Part shown: one piece after another, positions 44,746 to 61,671 of the stretch
Position numbering within the stretch: position 1 is the first letter of the stretch
Layout of the letters: each line of letters starts with the position of its first letter
NCBI GenBank assembly: GCA_964016885.1
Contig: OZ024743.1
Location: 295,988,001 to 296,052,000 of the forward strand
Reading direction: 5' to 3'
Length of the DNA stretch: 64,000 nucleotides
Source of the DNA: Eledone cirrhosa
Lineage: Eukaryota
Position numbers and translations under genes: made by a program
Notes under the pieces: generated by a model
Told to the model about the DNA's origin: nothing
Databases searched by the model: none
What the model saw: only the letters and a program-made list of their open reading frames with translations

Positions 44746-44801
44746 AGATAGATAGCTAGATCGATCGATCGATCGATCGATCGATAGATAAATAGATAGA
44801 T

Positions 44802-44866
<65 letters not shown>
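44746..44866. repeat. (GATA)n/(GATC)n microsatellite, left boundary of the Tx1 array
   Basis: Directly visible. Confidence 0.95.
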
Positions 44867-44867
44867 T

Positions 44868-45064
44868 CATTATTTGCCACTGGGGCGTACCTAATGGGAC
44901 ATTACAAGACGGGGGTTTTACATAACAATCATACAACTTTAACATTAATAAATAACAATAAACTATATGTAATAAAATAACAATTGAAATCCCCAATAGG
45001 GGGGAACGTTACTGCAGGGTTGTTTTACACCCCGAGGATAGAACAACCCTCAACACCAGGAACA
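44868..45064 (-). mobile_element. Tx1-clade LINE copy 1 (3' UTR only)
   Basis: Similar to 47522-47722. Confidence 0.8.
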
Positions 45065-45076
45065 ATAGATAGATAT

Positions 45077-45930
45077 GTTTCTTTATTAGCCACAGGGGCA
45101 CAAAAGAAGAGGACAATTACAAAGGGAGGAGTTTACATACAATAAAAACATGTAAAATATTATCACAAATGCAAATTAAAAGTTAATCGATTTTCCCCAA
45201 TAGGGGGAGACAGTTCATATGGGTAGCACATACCCCCGAAAAAAATGTGCAACCCTCATCTCCAGCAGTACGAAGAGTTTGTACCCCTTTCCTCTCTTCC
45301 TCTTTTCCCTCAAACTACAGTCTGATATAGAGAGAAGGCCCATTCACTCGGGCCATTCTTGCCACTTTCACCGACCTTTCATAAAACTTGCTGGGGTACA
45401 GCACCTCTCTCTCCATCCTGATTCTTCTTCCAAAGTGGTATTTGAAAAAAATAATCAGTTGTTGGCCGGAGAGATGGGTGTCTGACCTCAGCCCTTTTAA
45501 CCTCGTCCACCATGCAACCTCTTTCGCCATAGCTATCACACAAAGGAAAACCGCCTGTCCTTCGTTTTTTGAAGAAGGATGGCGGTTTGATCATGACAAT
45601 GGACTCGGTGGTCAATCGGATTGGTCCTACCCGCGACAATAGTCGTTCTACATAGCCCCACAGGTCGGTAACGCCCGGGCAGTGTATGAATGCGTGCGCG
45701 ACGGTTTCTTCGTCTCGCACGCATCTCGGACAGATCTTTTTCGAAGGGTCCCTGCTCGGGCGCCCATGTCTGTAGAGCTTGTCACGAATTGGTAGAGCTC
45801 CTCGGTAGCACTGCCAGTCCAGGGACTTTTGGAAGTTGTCCATCGGTCCCGGGCGGAAGGTCCTACCGAATAGACTGGCCAGTTCGTCTTCTTCCGCGCC
45901 TAGAGTTTTTCCGAGCGCGTCGTCGCACAC
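45077..45930 (-). mobile_element. Tx1-clade LINE copy 2 (5'-truncated)
   Basis: ORF2 C-terminus: WQCYRGALP, CPRC..ETVAHAFIHC. Confidence 0.88.
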
Positions 45931-45952
45931 AATAGATAGATAGATAGATAGA

Positions 45953-47484
45953 TTTCTTTATTTGCCACAAGGGCGCACAAGAAAAGGGTACAATACAAAG
46001 ACACATGCCGGGGATTTTACATACAATCGTGTAAAAATATTATTAAAACAAGAAAATTTAACAATTGAAATCCCCAATAGGGGGGAGACGTTACAAATAG
46101 GTTGTTTAATACCCCTTTGATAGAACACCCCTCAACTCTAGGAGCGTGTTGTGCAAAAGCTCCTTTCTTCCTTTTGCTCTCATCTTCAACCTACAGGTTT
46201 ATATACAGAGAAGGCCCAATCACTCGGGCCATTTCTGCTACATTCACCCCACCTTTCAGTAAATTTACTGGGGTGCAGTGCCTCTCTCTCCCCTTTGATT
46301 CTCCTTCTAAAGTGGTACCTAAAGAAGGGAATGGGTTGTTGTCCGGAGAGAAAGGCATCTGTCCTCAGTCCTCTCAATCTCGTCCACCATATAATCTCTT
46401 TTACCATAGCCACTATACAGAGGAAAACCGCCTCTCTTTTGTTTTTGAAAGAAGTTGGCGGTTTGATACTTACTATGGACTTGGCAGTCAACTGGATTTG
46501 TCCCATACGTGACAGCAGTTGTTCTGCGTAGTTCCACAGGTCGGTTACGCCCGGGAAGTGTACAATTGCGTGCAAGACGGTTTCAATGTCCTTCTCGCAT
46601 CTTGAACACGTCCTCTTGGAAGGATCCCTGCCGAGGCGTTCGTGCCTGTAGATCTTGTCTCGAACTGGTAGAGCTCCTCGGTAGCACTGCCAGGCCAGGG
46701 ACCTGGATAGTTGTCCATAGGTCCCGGGCGGAAAGTACTACCAAACAGTCTGGTGAGCTCGTCGTCTTCGATGCCCAGAGTCTCTCCGAGTACGTCGTCG
46801 CACTTGTAACGCACTAACCCTCTATAGAATGTCGAAGTGGAGTCTCCACTGATTGCTGTGCCCGCTTGAAAGAGGATTGTGGGCGCCTGAGAGCATTCAA
46901 TGTGCCAGGCGCCCATTTTCTTCGGTCTCCGCTTGACCCAGGACTGCAACTCCGTCAGCGAGACAAGTTGCGGGAAGGCTTGTCTCAGAAATGGGGCCCA
47001 CACCGGTTGTTCGGTGAGGAATACCTGTAGATGTCGTAGCCTCAGCGCGTGTTTGCGCATCATCAGCCACGGCATTCTCAGCCCTCCGTTGGAAGGGTGC
47101 TGACAACAGACGGATCTCCTCACCAGTGGAGCCTGGAAGAGCATGCGTTCCATCTTGGTGAGGTATTCACGGGGACAAGGCACGACGGTCAAGCGGTAGT
47201 AGATGACGGACGCTATAAAAGTGTTCGCCACCTCCGCTCGACCTTTCAAGGATAGTTTGCACTCTGCCCAATTCTGGGTGAGTGCAAATACCTTGTTTCA
47301 ATTTTTTTCCACCTGGAGGTCCGGACCGAACCAGACGCCAAGCAATTTCACCGGTCGTTCCGTCCAGCGTCCGGCGATGCTGTCGGACGGTATCGGTTTG
47401 CCACTCCACGTTCCGAGTTGCAAACCTACAGACTTGTCCGGGTTCAGTTTTGCTCCTGTGAGCCTTTCGTATTCCTGCAGTAAG
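45953..47484 (-). mobile_element. Tx1-clade LINE copy 3 (5'-truncated)
   Basis: LLGVWFG, LSLKGRAEVANTF, GGL.MP, C-terminal zinc-binding region. Confidence 0.88.
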
Positions 47485-47518
47485 GATAGATAGATAAGTG
47501 GTTAGATAGATAGATATC

Positions 47519-50500
47519 TTTCTTTATTTGCCACAGGGGCGTACAAAAATGGGACATTACAAAACCTGACGGTGGGGGTTTTACATAAAAATAACTTTAA
47601 CATTAATAAATAACAATAAACTATACATAATAAAATAACAATTGAAATCCCCAGTAGAGGAGAACGTTACTGCAGGGTTGTTTTACACCCCGTGGATAGA
47701 ACGACCCTCAACACCAGGAACACGTTTTGTAGGTGTTCCCGTCTTCCCTCTGTTTATCTTCCTCAACTTACAGGTTTATATACAGAGAAAGCCCATTCAT
47801 TCGGGCCATTTTTGCCACATTCACCCACCTTTCAGCGAATTTACTGGGGTGTAGCACCCCTCTCTCCACTCTCATCTTCCTTCTGAAGTGATACTTAAAG
47901 AAGGGGATAAGTTGTTGTCCGGAGAGAAAGGTGTTTTCCCTCAGTCATTTTAACCTCGTCCACCATATTACCTCTTTCACCATAGCCACCAGACAGAGGA
48001 AAATCGCCTCTCCTTCGTTCTTAAATGAAGTCGGCGGGGTGAACCTCACGATGGACTCGGCTGAAAACTGGATGCGTCTCACACGTGACAGCGGCTGTTC
48101 GACATAATTCCACAGGTCGGTCACCCCTGGGCACTGAACAATTGCGTGCAGAACGGTTTCAATGTCCTGCTCGCATCTTGGACAGGATCTCTGCCAGGGC
48201 GTCCATGCCTGTAGATTTTGTCTCGAACTGGTAGAGCTCCTCGGTAGCACTGCCAGGCGAGAGACCTCTGAAAGTTATCCATAAGCCCTGGACGGAAAGT
48301 CCTCTCGAACAGACTGGTCAGTTCGTCCTCCTCGATGCTTAGAGTCTCCACGAGAACGTCGTCGCACTTATCCTCCACTAACTCTGTATAGAATGTCGAA
48401 GTAGAGTCTCCGCTGATTGCCGTTTCCCCTTGGTAGACGGCTGTGAACGCCTGTAGGCACTCGAGGTGCCAGGCACCCATTTTCGGTCTTCGCTTGACCC
48501 AGTACTGCAGCTCTGTTACTGAGACGAGTTGTGGAAGAGCTTGTCTCACAAACGACAGCCACACCGGTTCACCGGTCAGGAATACCTGGAGATGGCGTAG
48601 CCTCAGCGCATGTTTGCGCATCATCAGCCACGGCATGCCCAGCCCTCCGTTAGAAGGGTGTTGACAGCAGATGGATCTCCTCTCCAATGCAGCCTGTTTC
48701 TTCCAAGGAACTTGAAGTGTAGGCGTTCCATTTTGGTAAGGTATTCGCGGGGGCAAGGCACGACTGTCAAGCGGTAGTAGATGACGGGCCCTATGTAAGT
48801 GTTCGCCACCTCCGCTCGACCTTTCAAGGAGAGTTTGCACTCAGCCCACTTCTGGGTGAGTGCAAACACCTTCGCCGTGACCTCGTTCCAGTTCTTGTCT
48901 ACCTGGAGGTCTGGACCGAACCAGACCCCGAGTAATTTCACCGGTCCTTCCGTCCAGCGTCCAACGACACTGTCGGAAGGCATGTGTTTGCCTCTCCATG
49001 TGCCGAGTTGTTTGGGTTTAGTCTTGCTCCTGTCAACGTTTCGTATTCCTGTAATAGGTTGCTGATTACCCTGATTTCTGAGGTTTTCGACACCATTACC
49101 GTTGTGTCGTCGGCATAGGCTGACGTTGCTTTCCGCAGTGCGGGTTCGATCGGGATGCCCTGCAACAGCTCCAATTTCCGCAGTAACGGCTCGAGAGTCA
49201 GTACATACAGAATGGAGGAGAGAGGGCATCCCTGACGGATGGAACGTATGATTTGGAATATCTTTGATAGGTAGCCATTCACCTTGACTGCCGAGCAGAT
49301 GGTGGTGTGCATGGCAGCGATCCAGCCTCTGAAGACGGACCGAAGCCGGCCGCCTTGAGAACTGCTTCCAAGTATTGATGGTCGACCCTATCAAATGCCT
49401 TAGACTGATCTAAATTGATCAGAGCTCCACCAAAGCCAGGTTTACACCCAACCCTCTCTATGATGTATCGCATGAATTTGAGGTTGTCGTGTATGGAACT
49501 GGTCGGGATTGCACACATTTAGAATTCCCCTACTAGGTTCTCGACGACAAGCGCCAGCCTTACTGCTAACACCTTGGCCAAAATCTTTAACTCTGGTTTG
49601 AGTAGAGTTATGGGCCTGAAATTGCTTATCTCATCCCCCTTGTTCTCATCTTTCCTGATCAGCGTTACTACGCCTCTGCCTACAGAACTGGGAATCCTCC
49701 CGTTCTGCTGCCAGTTGCAGTAGACCGCTTCGAGGACGCCAGAGAACAAGTCTGGTATGCCTATGTAAAACTCATAGGGTAACCATCTAAACCGGGAGAT
49801 TTGCGTTTCCCGCAGCGGCCTAGAGCATCTATTTCGCCCGCTGTGATCGGCCTTTCGCAGCTCTCCGCATACCTGCTCGAGAGTCGCGGTACGCCGTCGA
49901 GGTAGGAGCTGAAGTCCATCACCTCGCTCTATGTCCCGCTTTGCCCGAACAGTTGTGCAAAATGCTGCTGGAAGGCCGCGCACATCTGCTTGGATTCAAG
50001 TATAATGCGTCCATCTTTGTCTTGCAAAGACCGAATTGTGGATTTGTTGCCACTCTTCGCCTCTGCCACTCGGGCCAGGCTAACAGCTTTGGCTCCCTCG
50101 TTTCTTAGAGCACGTGTTCTACTTCTGACAATACAACCTTCGTGTTTCACGTTGAAGAACTGGTCTAGTGCCGTTTTCGCCGCTAGTACGTCAGCTGTAC
50201 TGCCATCCCTAAGTGCCTCTTCTATTTTAGCTACCAGTTCCTTTTCAGTTTTGTTTTTTTCTAAAGCTACTTCCTTGCTAAATGCTATTGATTCTATTCT
50301 AATTGCTTTCTTGAGAGAGCTCCACCACCTGTTGTTGACGATCGCCCCCGTCAACTGGCACTTAACTAAGGTGCTAATCCGTTTACTGTAGGCCTTACGC
50401 GCTGGGAGCGACATGTTTAGCTTCCAGTATACGGGTCCCTGTCTATGTATTCTATCAAGGTTGACTACGCAGGTTTTGGGGGTTCCTCTTCATTCTCACT

Positions 50501-52023
50501 TGGAGATGTAGAGGTTCCCGTATCTGAGACTTCTGAATCAGGGGTAGGTGGGAGGGTATGTTGTGTGGTGGAGTGTTTGTGCAGGTGTTTGTGGAAGTAT
50601 TTGACAGAGGGGGAGAGGCAATGGAGGGTTTTTCAGTGGGATTTTGTGTGGGAGATTGTCTCTGGTCTGTGGTGGTGTGGGAGTGGATGTTGCAGGTGTT
50701 TGTCTTGTGTTTGGTTTGGAGTGTTGATGTCGGGGTTTTGGTGTTGGTAATAACACCTTGTTTGTCCTCGGTTTGTTTTAGAGGGGGCAAAAGGCCTTTA
50801 AGTGTGTGGTTTTCCCACACTTATGGCACTGAGGTCTTTTCCCCTCCACTAAAATGGAGATGACATCTTCCTCAAGGACGATCCTGTCCGGTATTTTCTC
50901 AATTCTCTCTGGCCTCATTTGTACCAGAACCTCGATGCATGTTCCAAACCAGTTATGCCGGTCTGTCCTGTCTACAGATAGGAGGGTGTCCTCATCCTCC
51001 TTCGGGATGCAGCGTAGGATCCACCATATGTTGACCTCTGCTGGGATCCTGGTTATTTTTATTTTGTAGAATGGTCTTCCCATGTATGTGGGGAAGAAAA
51101 TGTGTTGATCCGTTTTTATTGGGTGAACCGAGTGTTTTTGTGCTAGAGTTTAGCTCTTAAAGAGCACTGACACACTTCCATACTGTTTACCTCTTTGGAG
51201 ATATGCGACGTCTGGCTGATGTCATTTAGTGCAGCTTTTATAGTGCTTGTTGGGAGCGTTATGGGTTTTTTGGTAGTGATGTCAACTTTTCTATAAATTA
51301 GCTTCTTTTTCTGTGTAATTTCTCTTACTTGTGGGGGTATGTGTGTGTGGGGGGTGTCTCCCACAAACGTCACATAGTTGGAAGCTTCTTCCAAATATTG
51401 GGACTTTTGGGAAATGTCCATGGAGTAGTATTTAAAATCATGTTGCTTAGCAACTGTTGCTGCAAATGAAATTTTGTTATTGTTGTTGTTGGTGGTGATG
51501 GTGGTCTCATTCGTTGTGTTGCCACTGATTCCTTTTATTGTGTTGTTGTTGTTCTCATTTATTGTGCTGTTGTTGTTGGTTGTGGTGGTATTCGTGTTTG
51601 CTACATATACTTCCTTCTGTGTGTGGATACATGTGACGTTTGTGACGTCAGGCGTGTTCAGTTGCTTACAAGCAGCTGAAGCTTGTTTCTCTTCTAAATG
51701 TTGAGGCGATAATGTTGGCATTCCTTTGTCCATGTCTGCTACTACCTGCTGGTCAAGTAGGCATCTTCTTGTTTTGACAAAAAAGTAGGTGCCTTTACTT
51801 CAGCCATTTTAAAAAAATTGAAGCGTTTTCCAAAATCTTTTTTTCGAAAATATTGTGGATGTTTTTGCCCTGAGGGGCACGGTATTTTGGGAGAGTGACC
51901 AGATCAAAATTTGACCTGTCAGTCCCTCTACAAATTGGTATAAAAATAAAAGTTCACAATGACGAATTTCTAATGAAATTTAAACAAAACTTACCGAGCA
52001 AGTTTAACACATGTGTCCATCCC
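47519..52023 (-). mobile_element. Tx1-clade LINE copy 4: intact 5' end, ORF1 with CCHC knuckle, endonuclease largely deleted, RT retained
   Basis: CHKCGKTTHLKAFC; NFRPITLL, INLDQSKAFDRVDH, IRQGCPLS, AYADD; 5' end GGGATGGACAC. Confidence 0.9.
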
Positions 52024-52036
52024 AGAGATAGATAAC

Positions 52037-55000
52037 TTTCTTTTTATTTGCCACCAGGGCATCAAAAAGTGGGACAAGTACAATGGGGGGAGTTTACATA
52101 AAAAGGCGTCCTCAATAAGGAGGAGGCAATAACAATATATAAAAAATAATATATAAAATATAACAAAAATAAATTTAATAACAAAATCCTCAATAGGGAG
52201 GAGGCGCCTTGGGGGGTCGCACCCCCCCCCCCACCGAAAAAAGTGTGCAACCCTTCTCCTTAGGAGCACAGAGAGGGGGTGCTCCCTTGATCTTTCATCT
52301 TCCTCACCTATAGTCTGATGTAGAGTGAAGGCCCATTCACAAGGGCCATTCTCGCCACTTTCACCCATCTTTCATAAAAACGCCTGGGGTGCAGCACCTC
52401 TCTCTCAATTCTGATCCTTCTTCCGAAATGATATCGGAAGAAACGGACCAGTTGTTGGCCAGAGAGAAAGGTGTCTGACCTCAGTCCTTTCAGACACGTC
52501 CACCATACAACTTCTTTCGCCATGGCTATTACGCACAGAAACACCGCCTCTCCTTCGTTTTTGAAGAGGGGAGGCGGCTTGATCGTTACATTAGACTCGG
52601 TAGTCAACCGGATCGGTCCCACCCTTGACAGCAGACATTCGACATAGCCACACAGATCGGCAATGCCCGAGCAGTGTACCTATGCGTGTGCAACGGTTTC
52701 CTCGTCGGACACGCATCTGGGACAGATCTTTTTCGAGGGGTGCCTGCCCGGGCGCCCGTGTCTGTAGAGCCTTTCTCGAGCAGGCAGAGCCCCTCGGTAG
52801 CACTGCCAGGCCAACGACCTCTGGAAGTTATCCATGGGTCCCGGGCTGAATGTCCTACCGAACAGGTTGGCCAGTTCGTCTTCCTCCATGCCTAGGGCTT
52901 CTCCGAGGGCGTCGTCGCACCTGCTAACCACCAGCCCTCTATAGAATGACGAGGTGGATTCTCCACTGACATCCGCTCCGCCTGCCAGAGAGCCGTAAGC
53001 GTCTGGGCACACTCGGTGTGCCAGGCGCCCAGTTTTCTTGGTCTTTTCTTGACCCAGGATTGCAGCTCGGTGAGCGAGACGAGTCTCAGAAAGGCTCGCC
53101 TCACAAACGGGGCCCTCACGGGTTGACCAGTGAGGAATACCTGGAGGTGCCGTAGCCTTAATGCGTGTTTACGTATCATTAGCCACGGCATCCCCAGCCC
53201 TCCTTTCGAAGGGTGTTGACAGCAGATGGATCTCCTCACCATAGGAGCCCGCTTCTTCCAGAGGAATTGTAAGAGTGCGCGCTCCATTTTGGCGAGCGTT
53301 TCCCTTGGGCAAGGCACGACGGTCATGCGGTAGTAGATGACGGACGCTATATAAGTGTTCGCCACCTCCGCCCGACCTTTCAGGGACAGTTTGCACTCGG
53401 CCCACTTCTGGGTCAGTGCAAGTACCCTGTTCGTGACCACACCGCAGTTCTTCTCCACCTGGAGATCTGGTCTGAATCAGACCCCGAGCAACTTCATCGG
53501 GCCCTCCGTCCAGCTCCCGACGACGCCATCGGAGGGCATCGATCTACCCCTCCACGTGCCAAGTTGCAGACTGATCGACTTGTCCCGGTTCAGCTTAGCC
53601 CCTGTAAACCTTTCGTACTCTTCCAGTAAGGTGCCGATCGCTCCGATTTCCGAGGCCGTCGACACCATTACTGTTACGTCATCGGCGTAGGCCGACACCG
53701 CTTTCCGCAATCCCGGTTCCAACGGGATGCCCTGCAACAACTCCAACTTCCGCAGCAGTGGCTCTAGAGTCATTACATACAGAAGGGAAGTGAGAGGGCA
53801 CCCTTGTCGGATGGACCGCGCGATATCGAACGGCTCCGAGAGGTAGCCGTTCACCTTGACCCTAGAGCAGATGCGGCTGCTGTGCATGGCAGTGATCCAG
53901 CCCCTGAAAACGGGTCCGAAGCCTGCCGCATCTAGCACCGCATCCAGGTAACCATGGTCGACCCTATCGAACGCCTTAGATTGATCCAAGTTGATCAGGG
54001 CCCCACCAAAGCCGGGTTCTTTCCCAACCCTCTCTATGATGTATCGCATGAGGTGGAGGTTGTCGTGGATGGACCTGGACGGGATAGCACATGTCTGCGC
54101 ATCTCCCACCAGGTTGCCCACGACAAGCGCCAACCTCTTTGCTAGCACCTTGGTCAAAATCTGTAACTCTGTATTAGCAGAGTTATGGGCCTGAAATTAT
54201 TTATATCGTCCCCCTTGTTCTCGTCCTTCCTCACTAGCGTGACTACACCCTTGGTCACAGCACAGGGAATTCTCCCGTTCTGTTGCCAGTTGCAGTAGAC
54301 CGCCTCGAGGAGATCGGGGAACAAGTCCAGCATAGCTAGATATAGTTCGTATGGAAGACCATCGAGACCCGGGGATTTACGTTTGCCGCATTGGCTCAGC
54401 ACGTCCTCTATCTCAGCGGTTGAAATCGGCTCCTCGCAGGACTTCGCCTCCCTGTCCGAGAGACGCGGCAGGCCGTCGAGGTATGGATCGAAGTCCACTT
54501 CCCCAACCGGTTCCTCGCCCCTTCCGAACAATCTGGCCCAGCTAACAGCTTTGGTCTCCTCGTTTCCCAGAGCACGTATTTTGCTTCGGACTATGCAGCC
54601 TTCGTGTTTCGCGTCGAAGATCTGGCCCAGGGCCGTTATCGACGGCCACGTCGCCGCTTCTAATTGCCTCTTCTACACTATCTACCAATTCCCTTCCCTT
54701 CCTATTTCTACTAATTTCTACTACAAATCCTTACTAAATTCTATAGAGACTACTCTAATCTCTCTTTTGAGAGATCCCCACCACCTGCTGTTGACGATGG
54801 CGCCCGTCAACCGCTCCTTAACTAAAGTGTTAATCCGGTCCCTGTAAGCCTTACTTGCCGGTAAGGACAAGTTAAGCTTCCAGTAACCGGGTCCCTGTCT
54901 ATGCGTTCTGTCAAGGTTGACCATGCAGGTCACTAACTTGTGGTCTGAATAGCCAACCATGAGCATTTTTGGACAACTTAAAAAGTCCTTATCCTTATTT

Positions 55001-57622
55001 CTAACTAAGAACCTATCTAGGTACGACCTCGATGATCCGCTACGGTTTGCCCAAGTCCAGGTTGGCGCAGTCGGAAAATCTAGTCGATATCTATCGGCCA
55101 GGTCAAATCGACCGATTATCTCTATCGGGACAGGCCCCTACGTAGTCCCAACGTGCATCTAGGATACCATTCCAGTCCCCCACTAATAGCAAGGAGCGGG
55201 ACGTCCCTAGAAAAGTCTCCAGACGATGGAAGAAGTCCGGCCGCGTTGACCCGAAAGGGCCGTAGACGGCTACCAGCCTAAACGCTCCGCCTTCACCACT
55301 GCCAAGGTCCAGAACCACTAGTCGACCCTCCGGGTACAAATGTACCGTCTGTGTTGCGAGACCCAGATGTTTTTGCAGCAGAACGACAACTCCACCCCCA
55401 CCTCCGGGCTGACAGAGAGATGCCTGCATCTCAAAGTCATTAAAGGTGGGGGCCAGCTGTCGCACGTTGCTGATCCGGGCCTCGCAAATAACCATCACAT
55501 CTATATGTTGTGACCTGAGGTCATTTAGAAGCATTGCTTGCTTCCAAGTTGAGCCCAGGCCACGCGCATTTAGACAGCCTACTCTTAGCATAGCCATGTT
55601 GGTGGTGAAGAGAAAAGGCACTTACCTCTCTGCGTCCCGGGTATCGGGCTGCACAATTTCCATGAGGGTGGGGGATGGGTTGTTGGGTGGGGTGGTGGTT
55701 TGTGGAAGTGTAGGGGCATCAGTGTGTTGTGTGGTTGGGGTGTTTGGAGTTGTATGGGTGTTTGGGGAGGGGGTGGGAAAGTTTTTTTAGGAGGACGCTA
55801 TTAATGGGCCCTACGCGGGGGAGGAGGGGGGAGGGGGGCACGCCCTCTTTAAAGTTGTTTTTTAGTGTTTTATATGTGTCCTCTGGGGCCTTAATCATTT
55901 TGAGGTGGGGGAAATCTCCTGCCTGGGTGAAGTTAGGCTCTTGGGTTACTAAATTGTTGTTGTATACAATGTTTAGCAGTTTTTTTATTTCTTGTGTTTC
56001 TGTATGTGTATGCATGTTTTTGTTTCTGTGTGGTGTTTTTTGTTTGCTGTTGTTGTGTGCTCTTTTGTGTTGGTGTCAGTGTTATGTTTTGGGGAGGGGT
56101 TGTTTTCATTTGTGTGTCTGAGTTGTGTTTTCTTTGTTTTCTTTTGATTGTGTGGAAGTGCTCCTCCTCGTCTGACGACGAACGAGGGTCATCTTCCGCG
56201 TTGAAGGGGAGGGGTAGATTTTCGGGTTGTGTTTGCGGTGCGGGTATTTTGGAAATTGTTTTTTTTTAGTGGGGGGATGGGTTGGACAGTGTTTTGTTTT
56301 GGTTTGAGCTGTGGTTGTTGTTTTTGTAGTGGTGGTTGTGGTGATTGTGTTGGTTGTGCAGTTGTTGGTGGTGTAGGCAGGATTGGGGTTTTCTTTTTAA
56401 GTTGAGGACAGACAGCCCTCATGTGACCTCTGACTCCACAGAGGTAACACGAGGGCCGCCTACCCTCAACGGTAATGTTGATAAAAGTTTGATCATCCAG
56501 TATGACGTGTTCAGGGATCTGGGCGATCCTTTCGGGCCTCATTTGAACTACAAGTTCGAGGCCCAGTCCACTGAACGCGTCACCCGATGCCTTTCCCATG
56601 GATATTAGTGTGTCATCGTCTAGGTCCAGGAAACCTGTCAATACCCACCATATGTCCATAATCAGAAGGATTGTGTGCATTTTTATTTTTTGTAACCTTC
56701 TACCCATGTACGTAGGGTAGAAGGTGTATGCGGTGGATGTGATTGGTTTTATGGACAGTTTCACTGCTGTGTCCCTGTCCTTCATGAGAATGGATAGACT
56801 CCCGTAGAGTCTATCCTTCTGAATGAATATGATGTTTTTCATGACATCTTTTAAAACCAGCTCTATCTAACTCTGTGATGGTTGAGCTGGTTTTTTGCTT
56901 TTGTTTGAGACTGTCCTAAACATGTTTAGGAGTCACTGGCATTTTAGTTCCGGGGGAGGGGGGATAAAAATGATCCATTTTTCCCCGTATACTGTATTTT
57001 TTGGCAACTGCCAGTAGCTCCTTCGCTTTGCTTATATCTACTGGCAGATAGTCGAGGGTTTTCCTTGCCGTCTGGGCGAAGGAGACCTTTTCCTTGTTTG
57101 TGTTGCTGTTGTAGTTGGTGGTGTTGTTGTTATCACTGTTGTTGTTATCATTGTTGTTGTTATCATTGTTGTTGGTGTTGTTGTTTCTGTTGTCTTTATT
57201 GTTGCTGTTGTTGTCGTTGTTGTTGTTGTTGTTTTCGGTTTCTTGTGTCGTTGTGGCTACATCAAGTTGTCGGTCAGCAGGTGGAGAAAGTTCTCCCTCT
57301 GGCTGACCTCTGCTTTTGGCAGCTGCTGCTGTGCCAGTGGCAGGGGGAAGCTGTGAGTTTAGCTTCCCTTTTCTTTCTTTGAATGTTGGTGAAGCTGCTT
57401 CAGCCATTTTTATCAAAGAAGGAAATTTTTCGAAAGATAACAATTTTTTTTTTCAACACAATTTCGCCTAAAGGCGTAGAATAATTTGAGAGACTGACCA
57501 GATCAAAATTTGACCTGGCAGTCCCTCTACAAAATGGTACAAAAATGAAGGTTTACAGTCAAGAATTTCTGTAGAAATTTAAGCAGAACTTACTCAGCAA
57601 GTTTCACGCGTGTGTCCATCCC
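52037..57622 (-). mobile_element. Tx1-clade LINE copy 5, full length (~5.6 kb), frameshifted
   Basis: ORF1 ~57407-55622 (CYLCGVRGHMRAVC); ORF2 ~55597-52308 with APE endonuclease (CLNARGL, GDWN, SDHKLV, GPGYWKLN), RT (QSKAFDRV, RQGCPL, YADD) and CPRC..H..C. Confidence 0.93.
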
Positions 57623-57624
57623 AG

Positions 57625-57655
<31 letters not shown>

Positions 57656-57656
57656 T

Positions 57657-58438
57657 GTTTCTTTTATTTGCCACAAGGGCATCAAAAGTGGGACAAGTAC
57701 AATGGGGGGAGTTTACAAAACAAGGCGTCCTCAATAGGGAGGAGGCAATAACAATATATAAAAATAAAATAAAATATAACAAAAAATAGAATTATAACAA
57801 AATCCTCAATAGAGGATTTTGTTATAAAATATAACAAAAAATAAAATTTATAACAAAATCCTCAATAGAGAGGAGGCGCCTTGGGGGGTCGCACACACCC
57901 CCGAAAAAGTGTGCAACCCTTTTCCTCAGGAGCACAGAGAAGGGGTGCTCCCTTGGTCTTTCATCTTCCTCACCTATAGTCTGATGTAGAGTGAAGGCCC
58001 ATTCACACGGGCCATTCTCGCCACTTTCACCCATCTTTCATAGAAACGGCTGGGGTGCAGCACCTCTCTCTCCATCCTGATCCTTCTTCCGAAATGATAT
58101 CGGAAGAAACGGACCAGTTGTTGGCCAGAGAGAAAGGTGTCTGACCTCAGTCCTTTCAGACGCGTCCACCATACAACCTCTTTCGCCATGGCTATTACGC
58201 ACAGAAACACCGCCTCTCCTTCGTTTTTGAAGAGAGGAGGCGGCTTGATCGTTACAATAGACTCGGTGGTCAACCGGATCGGTCCCACCCTTGACAGCAG
58301 TTGTTCGACATAGCCCCACAGATCGGCAATGCCCGAGCAGTGTACCAATGCGTGTGCAACGGTTTCCTCGTCGCACACGCATCTGGGACAGATCTTTTTC
58401 GATGGGTCCCTACCCGGGCGCCCGTGTCTGTAGAGCCT
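57657..58438 (-). mobile_element. Tx1-clade LINE copy 6 (5'-truncated, close to copy 5), followed by (GATA)n at 58440-58478
   Basis: Highly similar to 52037-52770. Confidence 0.9.
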
Positions 58439-58478
<40 letters not shown>

Positions 58479-58789
58479 CATGATGGGACGGAGAGAGGTA
58501 GAATAGTAGTGGAATATATAAAGAGGTAGGGAATTAGGTAAATAGATAGACAGTTATAAAGATAGGCTAGTATGTAATTACGATTGTATGTAATTTGATA
58601 ATTAGTTATATTGGCAATTAGATAGTTTGGCAGATGTGCAAGACAGAAAACAGATTGAAAAGTTGTATGTATAAGTTATACAAGATAGCAAAAATAAATA
58701 ATAGTTGTAACATATGAGAGAATATAATTTAAAAGAAATAGCAAAACAGGAGAATGCTATTTAGAAGGAATGACAGATTAGAAAAATAG

Positions 58790-61666
<2,877 letters not shown>

Positions 61667-61671
61667 GAATA

